A DNA stretch of 61,321 nt from a virus (lineage: Duplodnaviria; Caudoviricetes): IMG/VR virus record IMGVR_UViG_3300032134_000002, positions 1-61,321 of that record; one strand, given 5' to 3'. A program made the position numbers and the translations under genes. The notes under the pieces are model-generated. The model did no database searches, was not told the DNA's origin, and saw only the letters and a list, made by a program, of their open reading frames with translations. Numbering within the stretch: the first letter of the stretch is position 1; every line of letters starts with the position of its first letter. This document shows, one piece after another, positions 8,307-17,421 of the stretch.

Positions 8307-10801
8307 AGCACCTCCTTATCAGTACTTGAAAAATGGTGCTGGATCAGTTCTTGTTGTCCGTAGTCCACTAGCTTGAACCGCTTCATAAGACCGCGTTTGC
8401 GTGAACCGTCGGCGCATTTGATACGCTCCATGTTGACGCCACGTTTACCGAGCATCTTGGAAAACTTCTCTTTGGAGAAGGCTCGACTTTCAATGGCATT
8501 ACACAGTGTGTGTAGTTCCTGCGTTGAAACGGCTTCGTCTTGGCCAGCATTGGCTACCCACCCTTTGACAATCCGTTCAGCATTCATCTGCGTGTTGATG
8601 TCATCGGCTTGAGAGGCATCTATGCAGAGGATTTTTTCTACAAAATAGTCCAGGTTAGCCGTTTTAATAGCTGTGATGAAATGGTCAATCCACGTCATTG
8701 AGGCATCACGCATCAACTTCTTGGCGTCATTATCTAATGGCTGATAGGCTTGGATAGGGTCGGCTTCAAAGGCATTGATAAACTCAACTAGATGAAACAG
8801 TTCCTGATCACGATACTGTTTCAGGTCTTCCATCATTGTTGGGTAGGTTGCTAGGATCGGCACCTCTTGACGCTTGCCAATGTTAAATCGGCGGTCTGTC
8901 TGGGAGATACGGATCACATCAATTTCGTTTGAGTTGAAACACATGTTGGCGTAGAGGCGCACTTGCTTTTGAGCCTTGTGCATACCACGCACGGTACTGA
9001 ACGTTTCAGTGACCATGTGTTTTAATTTATTCATCATCCGTGTGGACGAGATACTGTCAGTGACTTTAAATTCATCCACCACCATGAACAACGCGTCTTC
9101 GATGAAGTCGTTGAACTTCTCCTCAACGTTCTCAAGGGTTTTATAGGCTGCATGTTTGCCATACAGCGGGTAAACGATTTGGTGGAAGAACAGGCCTTTA
9201 CCTGTGCCCTCAATACCCGTGAACACCCACGCTGTGGTGAGCTTCTCCTTAGTCTGGAACGCATACGCAAACCAGTTGAAGAAATGCTCGAACTCCGCAT
9301 GGCTTGACCCGACCATGTGGTACATGATTCGGTACAGCGTGGGGCACGTTTGTTTTAATAAGTACGCTCGCCCATATTCCTTTTTGTAAAGGTCTTCCTC
9401 AGCAAGTTCCGAATGACGTAGGTACTTGGTGGGCTGGAATGTGTTCACAAACCGATTCTCGACGTCCAATTGAACATTGGTCTTTGGGTTGAACTCACGG
9501 TCCCAATCTGGGATAGGCTCTGGCAACTCCTCGCCATGGTTGGCCATGAAGTCTTTCAGGTTTGCTTTTTTTGTGTTGTTCAACCGCATGATGAGGTCGT
9601 TCTGTGTGTCGTAAGTCAGCGCGTAATGCTCATCTGTTGCGATATCCCGAAACACGTAAGGTACAGGGATGTTCGCTGAGCTAATGTCGTCACTGAACTG
9701 CTGGCAGATGGCCTTGTAAAAGTCCATGTCCACATCTTTCATTCTGAACGGCGGCTCATCTTTGAAATTGTAGACGATCTGTGGGTTTTCTTTAGGCCAC
9801 CAGTACGCGTTGCTGTCGCCCATTAAGCCATCTTTATCCTGCAAGTTGGCATAACAGAATGTGTCGTTGAAATAGGACAGGTGCATTAGGCTGCGGTCCG
9901 GGTTCGTGAGAATCTCAACCACCTTGGTGCCGTTGTTTATGCTCTGCATACGCGCCGTTTTTGAGGGTAACCCAGAGGATTTACGCAACGCTTTTATGGC
10001 TTTCGTTATTAACAGATCAATCTGCTCAGTAGTACACCCATCGAGCAGCGGGAGTAGGTCAACAGTCGGTTCTTGTTTTTCAACGAGAAGGATACGGTCC
10101 TCATCTTTAACTGGGTTCGCTACCCCTTGGAACATGGGCGGCGCAATGTAGATGAGTTTGCTGTTATCTGCGACGGTACGATCACACGGATACTTGAGCG
10201 CTAGGCCGTTGCTGCTGAGCATCAACTGACCTTCAAATACCGGCACATCGAAATTCAGCTTAGTAAGCCAGCCTTTCAATGTTTTAGGGTGCACAGGGTT
10301 CGTCAACATAAAGTCTAAGTGCATGGACAAGCGTTGTTGTTTAAGGCCTGAAGAGGCACTCGCTGTCGCAATGTAGCTGATGTTGTGGAAATCGTCCGGC
10401 AATAACTTAACCAGGTACTCGGCGGCGACTTGGATATTAGCTCTGCTTATATTCCCAGTCACAGGATAATCAGGCGTGAAGCCAAACTCCTTCGCCTTTT
10501 CTAAATTTAGGCCATCAATGTCTATCGTAATCCAGTCCGTGACCAGGGTCTTTTGGGTAAGATCCTTACGGGACTGGTTCTTCAGCTCTTTCTTTAGCTG
10601 GCCTCGAAGCAGTGCGTGGCCCTTAGAGGCATGCACCACCATGAGCTTGTGCATCTGCTGTAACCCTTCAACAGTGTTGTTGATGTGGTATACGTGAGAG
10701 TTGAATTTCGCTACGTTGGGGTAGCTCTTTTTAGTTGTAGGTGTAAATACTTTAGCGAGGCGATCACCGTTGCTCGCCTGCATGAATGTCAAAACGCTCA
10801 T
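8279..10801 (-). CDS. Primase-helicase (AEP-like N-terminus plus D5/DUF5906-type NTPase)
   Basis: TIDIDG and SMHLDF motifs; Walker A GIEGTGKG; Walker B FMVVDE. Confidence 0.85.
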   Translation of the reverse strand: MSVLTFMQASNGDRLAKVFTPTTKKSYPNVAKFNSHVYHINNTVEGLQQMHKLMVVHASKGHALLRGQLKKELKNQSRKDLTQKTLVTDWITIDIDGLNLEKAKEFGFTPDYPVTGNISRANIQVAAEYLVKLLPDDFHNISYIATASASSGLKQQRLSMHLDFMLTNPVHPKTLKGWLTKLNFDVPVFEGQLMLSSNGLALKYPCDRTVADNSKLIYIAPPMFQGVANPVKDEDRILLVEKQEPTVDLLPLLDGCTTEQIDLLITKAIKALRKSSGLPSKTARMQSINNGTKVVEILTNPDRSLMHLSYFNDTFCYANLQDKDGLMGDSNAYWWPKENPQIVYNFKDEPPFRMKDVDMDFYKAICQQFSDDISSANIPVPYVFRDIATDEHYALTYDTQNDLIMRLNNTKKANLKDFMANHGEELPEPIPDWDREFNPKTNVQLDVENRFVNTFQPTKYLRHSELAEEDLYKKEYGRAYLLKQTCPTLYRIMYHMVGSSHAEFEHFFNWFAYAFQTKEKLTTAWVFTGIEGTGKGLFFHQIVYPLYGKHAAYKTLENVEEKFNDFIEDALFMVVDEFKVTDSISSTRMMNKLKHMVTETFSTVRGMHKAQKQVRLYANMCFNSNEIDVIRISQTDRRFNIGKRQEVPILATYPTMMEDLKQYRDQELFHLVEFINAFEADPIQAYQPLDNDAKKLMRDASMTWIDHFITAIKTANLDYFVEKILCIDASQADDINTQMNAERIVKGWVANAGQDEAVSTQELHTLCNAIESRAFSKEKFSKMLGKRGVNMERIKCADGSRKRGLMKRFKLVDYGQQELIQHHFSSTDKEVLCSKSSPLH
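10436..10450. promoter_or_regulatory. Intragenic operator copy ATTAGCTCTGCTTAT
   Basis: Identical to the 1847 copy; lies inside the primase CDS. Confidence 0.6.
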
Positions 10802-10829
10802 TTTATATGTTTCCCGTCAGATAGCCTGT

Positions 10830-10860
10830 AAGGATATAAGCAGTGCTTATTACTCGTCAA
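10830..10860 (-). promoter_or_regulatory. Primase promoter candidate with operator ATAAGCAGTGCTTAT (10836-10850)
   Basis: Minus strand TTGACG-N18-TATCCT with the palindrome over the spacer. Confidence 0.75.
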
Positions 10861-10890
10861 GCACTTTGTATATATCTATTGGTTATAGGT

Positions 10891-11079
10891 CTATAACTGG
10901 GGGTTTTTTCGCCAGTAGATCTCCTCTCGATCTATGGCAATGTTGGGGGGTGCCTCGAAACTGAGGCGGACCTGACCATTTTTTTGTGGGGGGAGTACAG
11001 TGACCTTGATTAGTCCTGTATCGGTTTGGATAAATACTCGCTGCATTTCGTTGCGCGTTAGTACTAAGTTACCGTCCAT
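10891..11079 (-). CDS. csrA: CsrA/RsmA-family RNA-binding protein (divergent)
   Basis: LVLTR...IKVTVL...QVRLSFEAPPNIAIDREEIY aligns with CsrA LILTR..[31 protein letters not shown] SD. Confidence 0.85.
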   Translation of the reverse strand: MDGNLVLTRNEMQRVFIQTDTGLIKVTVLPPQKNGQVRLSFEAPPNIAIDREEIYWRKNPQL

Positions 11080-11095
11080 TGTAAAAAACTCCTGT

Positions 11096-12943
11096 TTATT
11101 TGCTGTAGTTGTCCGCATAGCCGCCTTCCGCGTCTAAGGGTAATTCGGTGGCCCACTGAGGCGGCGTGCGCATAATGTCGTACATTTTATGGATCGTCTC
11201 CTCTGCGTTGGCTTGTGGGGCTAAGCCCACTAATTCGTCGTGAACTTGCAGCACCATACGCCCCCCAATCTGGGTGAGGTATTGATCAGCTGCGAGCATT
11301 TGGTCTGTTACTACGATACGGGCGAGGGCTTGCGTGATGTTTTCACACAGTTTGCCGCCGTAGAGCCCTGTTTTATGTCGCCCGGTGCCAAAAACAATTT
11401 CGCGCCCCTCAGTTCGTAGGTTGGGGTAACGCAAATACATGCCATTTGGGAGTTTGATTTTCTGGTGCCGTATGATTAATGGTCCGAACGCATAGTTTGC
11501 GTTGCGTTGCATCATTGCGGCGATCGCGTTCTCGCAGCGGGCCCAGTACTTCACAATCATTGAGTTGGCGTTGCGGTAGAGATCCACAATGCCCTGCACT
11601 TCGTGAGGTTTAAGGTCCACTGGAGGGCCGAGCGCGCCCATTTTTAGGGTGACTCGGAACTTTTTAGCGCCCATTTGGTAGCCGAGCCCTAGTACGGCGC
11701 ACTTCCCAAGGAAGCGTTCGTCTGGGTGCTCGCGTTTGTTAATGGGGCGGTCGTAGATTTTTGATGCAAAGTCGCAATACACGTCGCCCTTTGCGTGGAA
11801 CACCTCGAGCATCGAGCGCTGGTCAGCGAGCCAAGCCAGCATTCGTGCTTCGATGTTGGAGCTGTCCGCTACGAACACGTACTGCCCATTAGGCGCACAG
11901 AGCGACTTACGAAGTTCGCTGCCTCGCTTGAGGTTTTGTAGATTGAGTTTTTCACCGCCGCTAAACCGCCCAGTGTGAGCACCGTAGTAGTTTAGGGGGA
12001 CAGGAATATGCCCATTACAGCGATCAGCAGTAAGCAGCAGACGCTGAGAACGAGTAACTTCCCCCGTCGATTTAACCGCTTGGCGAGCCGCCCAAAGGTC
12101 ATCGAACTGCGGGTTGTCTCGCATGAGCTTTTGGAACCCCAGGTCGGCTTTCCCAAGCGCGTGCGTCGGTTTACCTGTAGTAGGACTAATTTTACTTGGC
12201 ACTTTAGTACCCAAAGCGTCCAAGAGTTCCGCAAATTGTTTATTTGACGAGAAAAGTATGGGGTCATCGTGAGGTTCTCCAAGTTGTTCAGTAACGAATG
12301 CCAGGCCCTGCACAATGCGCGCTGTGCGTTGTGTTGCGACCTGTTCGAGATGAGAGGCAACACGCGCTTTGTCCAAGACAATCGCGGGTTCACAGAACAT
12401 TTTTGTGGTGAGGTGGATCAGGTCTTGCTCACTTTCAGGGAACTCACTGATCATTGACTGATAGCAGTGGTAGGTGAGGTGTACGTCCTGTTTGCAGTAG
12501 CCCTTTATGGCTTCTGCAAGTTCAGCGTCGAACACTTTGATTCCTTTTGAGTCCGCAAGTTCGTCACCTTTGCGCATTGTCTCGTCATCTGGGAACAGGC
12601 GTATGCAGAGCTCTTTGAGCGAGGCTGATCCAGTGGGGAACAAGGCCTTGGACATACTGCGTGTGTCAGCGTAACGAGTGGGGTGGATGTCGTAGTGGTG
12701 GTGTAGGATGAAGCCGTCGAACTTTGTGTTTTGGCACAACAACAGGCAAGGTTCATTGAACGTTGCGCGTAGTGCCGGTTCGATAGCACCATCGGTGTAG
12801 TACTCAGGTGATCCATTGTCTATCTGGATACCTACACCATGGCATTTGTACCGTTCGTCGGTGACATACTCAATGGTGTTGAGTTTTTTGAGTGTGTAGT
12901 CCTTATCGTAGTAAGTCTCGAAATCGAGGGTCACTAATCTCAC
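11096..12943 (-). CDS. Family A DNA polymerase with 3'-5' exonuclease domain
   Basis: LDFETYY, TGRFSG, ADSSNIEARM, RFLGK..LGLGY and QVHDE motifs. Confidence 0.95.
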   Translation of the reverse strand: MRLVTLDFETYYDKDYTLKKLNTIEYVTDERYKCHGVGIQIDNGSPEYYTDGAIEPALRATFNEPCLLLCQNTKFDGFILHHHYDIHPTRYADTRSMSKALFPTGSASLKELCIRLFPDDETMRKGDELADSKGIKVFDAELAEAIKGYCKQDVHLTYHCYQSMISEFPESEQDLIHLTTKMFCEPAIVLDKARVASHLEQVATQRTARIVQGLAFVTEQLGEPHDDPILFSSNKQFAELLDALGTKVPSKISPTTGKPTHALGKADLGFQKLMRDNPQFDDLWAARQAVKSTGEVTRSQRLLLTADRCNGHIPVPLNYYGAHTGRFSGGEKLNLQNLKRGSELRKSLCAPNGQYVFVADSSNIEARMLAWLADQRSMLEVFHAKGDVYCDFASKIYDRPINKREHPDERFLGKCAVLGLGYQMGAKKFRVTLKMGALGPPVDLKPHEVQGIVDLYRNANSMIVKYWARCENAIAAMMQRNANYAFGPLIIRHQKIKLPNGMYLRYPNLRTEGREIVFGTGRHKTGLYGGKLCENITQALARIVVTDQMLAADQYLTQIGGRMVLQVHDELVGLAPQANAEETIHKMYDIMRTPPQWATELPLDAEGGYADNYSK

Positions 12944-12958
12944 ACGTTCCTCCTTGGG

Positions 12959-13165
12959 TTATTCGGGTAACTGGTCTGGTGCAGCGGCCAATGGGCGTTG
13001 TTCAACGGTGAATGGCTGCTTGCTCTGGGTTAAATGGTCCAATAATGTCTGCTTGTTAATACGCTCACCACCTGGCAACGCCATTACATTGGGTTGCCCA
13101 GGAATTGAGGGGATCACACAGCCCTGGGTGATAATGCAGTCGTGCATCTCGTATCCGGTTTTCAT
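12959..13165 (-). CDS. Hypothetical protein
   Basis: Same-strand ORF in the early array. Confidence 0.55.
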   Translation of the reverse strand: MKTGYEMHDCIITQGCVIPSIPGQPNVMALPGGERINKQTLLDHLTQSKQPFTVEQRPLAAAPDQLPE

Positions 13166-13197
13166 ATGCTTCCCGCTTATATATCTAGCTTTGAATT

Positions 13198-13212
13198 ATA
13201 AGCGGTGCTTAT
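13198..13212. promoter_or_regulatory. Palindromic operator copy ATAAGCGGTGCTTAT
   Basis: Intergenic, upstream of the polymerase unit. Confidence 0.8.
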
Positions 13213-13229
13213 GCTTTCAGGCAAGGCTT

Positions 13230-13547
13230 TTATGCCATAAAACGAGTTTCCGTGGTGTGGCTATCGAGCCACTCGATGCCTTCCTGGTGATGCAGCAATT
13301 CCTGCCCGGGTTTCTCCCAGTAGGCATCAAAAACTGCGGCCTTCCAAAAGGCAACCACTTGGTCTGACACAGGGATCTCACGTTCCATGTACACGCCGTC
13401 AAACTGCACGTCAAACACTACGTCGAAACCATCAATAAGTTTTTCATAGGTGATAACGTGGTTGCCGATGACGAGCTCAACTGTATTTCCTTGCGGGCAG
13501 GTGATGTGCTCAGAGATATTGATGAGGTTCATGTCGAAAAGGTTCAT
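13230..13547 (-). CDS. Hypothetical protein
   Basis: AAGGAG SD. Confidence 0.7.
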   Translation of the reverse strand: MNLFDMNLINISEHITCPQGNTVELVIGNHVITYEKLIDGFDVVFDVQFDGVYMEREIPVSDQVVAFWKAAVFDAYWEKPGQELLHHQEGIEWLDSHTTETRFMA

Positions 13548-13575
13548 GGGGTTTCTCCTTAAAATGAGGGTTACA

Positions 13576-13698
13576 TTACCAGTGTATTTGGTACTTTCTG
13601 AGATCGCTCGACAGCATGCATTCGTACATCCTGTCGTCGTCTTCGTTGTGCCAATGGCTTAGTAAGGTGTTTAGGTTTTGGGTCTGTTTGTTGCGCAT
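13576..13698 (-). CDS. 40-aa hypothetical protein
   Basis: GGAG SD; translated by hand (MRNKQTQNLN...). Confidence 0.45.
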   Translation of the reverse strand: MRNKQTQNLNTLLSHWHNEDDDRMYECMLSSDLRKYQIHW

Positions 13699-13729
13699 AA
13701 TCGTTCTCCGTAGATATGCAGCAGCCTAG

Positions 13730-14035
13730 TTACCCGATCCAGCGAGCGCCCATTATTAGGCGCATAAAAAAACGTTGCAGCCAATTAGGTCGACCATAGA
13801 AATGGAACCGACCTAAAGTTGGTGACTCCGTACGTTTTGCTAAGGGCAGGTTAGACTTAGGTTTGAATGGTTGCCTTCTCGGCACCCTTAGTTCAGTGAG
13901 CTTAGCCCCGATTGCTGCCTCCGTTCGGTTTAGGCATCTACCTAGTTTTTTATTGCTAAATTGCTGGTAGCTGTCGCGTATATAAGTAACCTCTTCTGGG
14001 GTCCACTTACGGTAATGCGAGGTAGGGTTTTTCAC
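13730..14035 (-). CDS. Myb/HTH-like DNA-binding protein
   Basis: KWTPEEV..Y..SNKKLG..LNRTEAAI pattern; resembles 19317-19601. Confidence 0.6.
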   Translation of the reverse strand: MKNPTSHYRKWTPEEVTYIRDSYQQFSNKKLGRCLNRTEAAIGAKLTELRVPRRQPFKPKSNLPLAKRTESPTLGRFHFYGRPNWLQRFFMRLIMGARWIG

Positions 14036-14047
14036 GGTTATATCTCC

Positions 14048-14278
14048 TTATGGTTTGTTGCGGAAGTCTGAGTCGTCTTCCGCTTTTTGTCGGAGGCCAT
14101 CGACGATGTCAGTGGCTTCTCCAATGTTGCGTACATCTTCTGGCTCATTGAGCCTAAAGGCATACGCGACAATCTGTAGCTGAGCAATCTCTATATCACT
14201 GAGTATTGCCGAAGGGTAATATGCCCCTTCAAGGGCATCACATATTGCAAAATATTCGTGGGCTTTAACAAAGCGCAT
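14048..14278 (-). CDS. Hypothetical protein
   Basis: Tightly packed same-strand ORF. Confidence 0.6.
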   Translation of the reverse strand: MRFVKAHEYFAICDALEGAYYPSAILSDIEIAQLQIVAYAFRLNEPEDVRNIGEATDIVDGLRQKAEDDSDFRNKP

Positions 14279-14287
14279 TGTCTGTTC

Positions 14288-14683
14288 CTATCTATAAAAC
14301 CTGTGTCTACCAATCGTTGCTACAGGCTCAAGTGAATTTGCCCAGCCCGGATGAACATACGTTGCATGGTAATGCGTCGCGCCGCCTACCAAATCAGGTA
14401 ATTCGGGCGATAGGGCCAGTGATGCAATCTGATTTGCTCGTAACCAAGCAGTGGCGTTTTTTGGCGTATCATTGGCCCCGTCACATGCCCAGGAAAACTG
14501 ACATTTGTGCAGTCGACCCGGGTACTTATTGTGGTACACCACACCACATACATTATCTGGGTATGTTGAGCTCTCCACTCTGTTCAGTACGACCTGCGCA
14601 ACAGCCAGCTGTTCGATCAGCGGTTGTGAACGTGCTTCGTGGTACACGTTGAGTGCAAGGCAAAAAAGGGCTTCAGTAATCAT
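14288..14683 (-). CDS. SleB-like cell wall hydrolase (Hydrolase_2)
   Basis: CLALNVYHEAR..AVAQVVLNRV..CQFSW..GATHYHATYV..IGRHRFY. Confidence 0.9.
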   Translation of the reverse strand: MITEALFCLALNVYHEARSQPLIEQLAVAQVVLNRVESSTYPDNVCGVVYHNKYPGRLHKCQFSWACDGANDTPKNATAWLRANQIASLALSPELPDLVGGATHYHATYVHPGWANSLEPVATIGRHRFYR

Positions 14684-14689
14684 AATATT

Positions 14690-14767
14690 ATTAGCGGTGC
14701 TTATTTATTGTTAATGTACAGGGTGCAATGGGCGTTGGTCAACAGTTATTATATAGGCAGTGCTTAT
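14690..14767. promoter_or_regulatory. Two operator copies (14690-14704 ATTAGCGGTGCTTAT; 14753-14767 ATAGGCAGTGCTTAT)
   Basis: Both lie in the gap upstream of the hydrolase; a minus-strand TATAAT abuts the second. Confidence 0.75.
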
Positions 14768-14770
14768 ATT

Positions 14771-14989
14771 TTAGGCCACATCGGCATTACATGTTTTATC
14801 TTCAAGACTGGTGAGCTTCTTTTCAAGCGTATTGATCCGCTCAGCCATAGTGTTGTATAGAACATAGACTGCTGTGTAGGCATAGGGTCCGCCTTGTGAG
14901 GCTTCGAGTATGTCACCGGCGTACTTCAACGCCTTTTCAATTGTGTCTCGTTCACCAAACATCTGTATTTTTCCAAGTAGGGTGCTCAT
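14771..14989 (-). CDS. Hypothetical protein
   Basis: GGAG SD; ATGA overlap. Confidence 0.65.
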   Translation of the reverse strand: MSTLLGKIQMFGERDTIEKALKYAGDILEASQGGPYAYTAVYVLYNTMAERINTLEKKLTSLEDKTCNADVA

Positions 14990-15252
14990 AGTGATTTCTC
15001 CGCAATATAGTTTTGTAGGAGTTGGATAAGATCATCAGTCGAGTCGCATAGGCTGACATGCTCGGACTTATCTTCCCAGTAATTTAGGCTTTCAACTTTA
15101 AAATGTAATTCGACTTCATATACCTTTTTGGTGTGGTTGCTGATGTCGAATTGCAGTCGGCTTAGCTTTTCAGCGGCTCTTGCGTACTCTGCATCTACAG
15201 AGCGCTGCTGTTTGATCTTTTCGGCAAGCGCTAGGACTTCTTCTTCCGTCAT
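14986..15252 (-). CDS. Hypothetical protein
   Basis: GAGGAGG SD; ATGA overlap. Confidence 0.65.
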   Translation of the reverse strand: MTEEEVLALAEKIKQQRSVDAEYARAAEKLSRLQFDISNHTKKVYEVELHFKVESLNYWEDKSEHVSLCDSTDDLIQLLQNYIAEKSL

Positions 15253-15425
15253 AATTCCTCCTCACCAAAGGTCTCTTCATATAGCTCCTCGAACTCTGAA
15301 CGGAACATATCTTTCACATCATCTTCTGACATATAGTTAAGAGCGCTTAGGATTACTTGATCTTTATCTAGTACGCCTTCGTCTACTAACTCAATGAGTT
15401 TATCGGTTGCTTCTCTGACTATCAT
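15249..15425 (-). CDS. 58-aa acidic hypothetical protein
   Basis: Hand-translated MIVREATDKL...; ATGA overlaps on both sides. Confidence 0.6.
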   Translation of the reverse strand: MIVREATDKLIELVDEGVLDKDQVILSALNYMSEDDVKDMFRSEFEELYEETFGEEEL

Positions 15426-15592
15426 AGTGATTTCTCCATTTCTTCTATATCAATAACTTCAATGTCGCCATCAGCACCTACTAGTGCCCTAAATTCTTCA
15501 ATGGCTTCTAGTTCGGCCTCTTGTTGGCTTTCGGCTTCAACGTAGACTCGTCTACCTGTCCCGCCATAAACTAATGCTGAGTATTTTTTCAT
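15422..15592 (-). CDS. 56-aa hypothetical protein
   Basis: Hand-translated MKKYSALVYG...VEAESQQEAE; ATGA overlaps. Confidence 0.6.
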   Translation of the reverse strand: MKKYSALVYGGTGRRVYVEAESQQEAELEAIEEFRALVGADGDIEVIDIEEMEKSL

Positions 15593-15936
15593 GACTCGCT
15601 CTCCTCTATTTTTTCCATTTCATTCCACGTTTTGAACAAAAGCGTGCGTAGGGTCGTGGACAGTTCTTTTAGTTCAACCAGTTCACATCGCCCTACGAGT
15701 GAATCGTTGGGCTTGGTCTTAGGTGGCGGGGCAAGGCTCGCTGGGGTTGGGCCGAGGCTGCTAGCAGTTTGTGGGGTTTCAACAAGGGAATCCGTGACCT
15801 CATAGTTATTTAGGAATTCAAGCAGCCCCGACTTGTCCGTGGGAACGTCCCACATATCGTATTTGCCAAACGCTTTTTTTGCGTCGGCTTGCGTACCCGC
15901 CCATTGTGTTCTGCTTTCATCAACGTAGAGTTTCAT
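15589..15936 (-). CDS. Hypothetical protein
   Basis: GGAGG SD before MKLYVDE. Confidence 0.65.
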   Translation of the reverse strand: MKLYVDESRTQWAGTQADAKKAFGKYDMWDVPTDKSGLLEFLNNYEVTDSLVETPQTASSLGPTPASLAPPPKTKPNDSLVGRCELVELKELSTTLRTLLFKTWNEMEKIEESES

Positions 15937-16154
15937 GATGCTTCCTCCGCTTCTTCCTTGGTCCATTGGTACTCCGCAACGGAGATCATTCGGGGTTCTG
16001 CGTGGCAACACCGATCACACCAATGACTGCAATCTGGGTCGTCGTAGACTCTCTGCCGTCTGTGTTTGACGACAAGGTTGTAATGAACTTGATCGTTTTC
16101 TCCGCAGCTCTCGCAGACTAACGTCTCGTCCCAATCAAATGTTACAAAGCTCAT
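15933..16154 (-). CDS. Small zinc-ribbon protein (paralogue A)
   Basis: CESC...WCDRC. Confidence 0.65.
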   Translation of the reverse strand: MSFVTFDWDETLVCESCGENDQVHYNLVVKHRRQRVYDDPDCSHWCDRCCHAEPRMISVAEYQWTKEEAEEAS

Positions 16155-16156
16155 AA

Positions 16157-16345
16157 TTATTTCTCCCCGTCTTCAGGCTCGAACATGCTGGTTTCCCCGC
16201 AGCTTTCACACCATACGGGGGTGTCAGGGTCATTGTTAAAACAGTCTGATCCATGATTTACATACAGGTTGTAATGAACTTGATCATTCGTCCCGCAGGA
16301 CGCACATACTCGGGTTTCGTCGTATTCAAATGTTGCAGTGATCAT
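16157..16345 (-). CDS. Small zinc-ribbon protein (paralogue B)
   Basis: CASC...WCESC; shares NDQVHYNL with its neighbour. Confidence 0.65.
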   Translation of the reverse strand: MITATFEYDETRVCASCGTNDQVHYNLYVNHGSDCFNNDPDTPVWCESCGETSMFEPEDGEK

Positions 16346-16369
16346 AATATTTACTCCTTATAGGGGCTG

Positions 16370-17410
16370 TTAGATTGCGATGTCTGTTGGTGTGTCGGCG
16401 TATCTTGAGCCGAGCATCTCGTCTTCGATCATCGTCCGTAGTTCGTGGTCGGTGAATCCGAGGTCCGTTAGGACGTTGCCCACGGCTTCAGGGAACACCT
16501 CAACCATCTCATCGATCTTCATCGTGCTGATGAACATTAGTTCGTTGTATGGGTCGTTGTATGGGTCGTTGGCGTAGTTGCCTTTATAACTCAGGTCATA
16601 CATATCGAACGCTGGCTCGTTGTCATTGACATCACGTACGGTGGGTAGGGCCTCCCAGTTCACCTTAATCAACCGGTCCAGCAGCTTTACAGCAAAGCCA
16701 ATATCTTGGGTTTCTTTGACCGTGTGCTGCGCCCAATAACCCACCGAGATGTTGGTACACTCTTGGATCATGTGGGTGTAGTTTGCAGAGTCTGTGAACA
16801 CACCGCTGTCATCGGGCTTATAATCAAACCCAGGTGTTTGGTTCAGCTCTGCGGCTAGGGCCTTAGCGAACTCATCTGATGCACACCGCCCGCCTTGGTG
16901 GGTGATGACATCTGAGTAGTAGTGGCGATCGAACGCGATACAGCGCTCAATGCCCAGTGACTCGATGTAGTTCTTGTTAAGTTCAGCGGAGGCATCTGAG
17001 CCAGTACCACCGATCTCTTCTTCCCGATGGAAGACATAGAGCCCTGGTACTTCGGCCTCGATCATGTTGAGCATGAACCAGATGCCTGTGCCGTCGTCTG
17101 CACCCAGTTGTGACTTGCCGTCAGTGAACAGATGCTCTTTGACGCCGTCGTATTGCAGCCTGTTTATAAAGTCTGCATGAGGTTTTGGGTGGACCGTGTC
17201 CGTATGACAGCTGAACATCGTCCTTGTTTTGGTGCAGTTCACAGGGATGAGTACGTTGCCGAACTCGTCTTGGTGAGCTCCTGGGACGCTGAGCAATGTG
17301 TCGGTGACGAACTGGTTCTCACTTTCAGAGCCCGCTGGGCGTTGGGTTGCTAATATTTTAAACAACTGTTTGGTATCGAGCGTGGGTTTGGTTTCCATAA
17401 AAGACAACAT
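16370..17410 (-). CDS. M28/M20-like zinc metallopeptidase
   Basis: SCHTDTVH, LGADDGTG, EEEIGG and QHT metal-binding motifs. Confidence 0.85.
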   Translation of the reverse strand: MLSFMETKPTLDTKQLFKILATQRPAGSESENQFVTDTLLSVPGAHQDEFGNVLIPVNCTKTRTMFSCHTDTVHPKPHADFINRLQYDGVKEHLFTDGKSQLGADDGTGIWFMLNMIEAEVPGLYVFHREEEIGGTGSDASAELNKNYIESLGIERCIAFDRHYYSDVITHQGGRCASDEFAKALAAELNQTPGFDYKPDDSGVFTDSANYTHMIQECTNISVGYWAQHTVKETQDIGFAVKLLDRLIKVNWEALPTVRDVNDNEPAFDMYDLSYKGNYANDPYNDPYNELMFISTMKIDEMVEVFPEAVGNVLTDLGFTDHELRTMIEDEMLGSRYADTPTDIAI

Positions 17411-17421
17411 GGTGTACTCCT

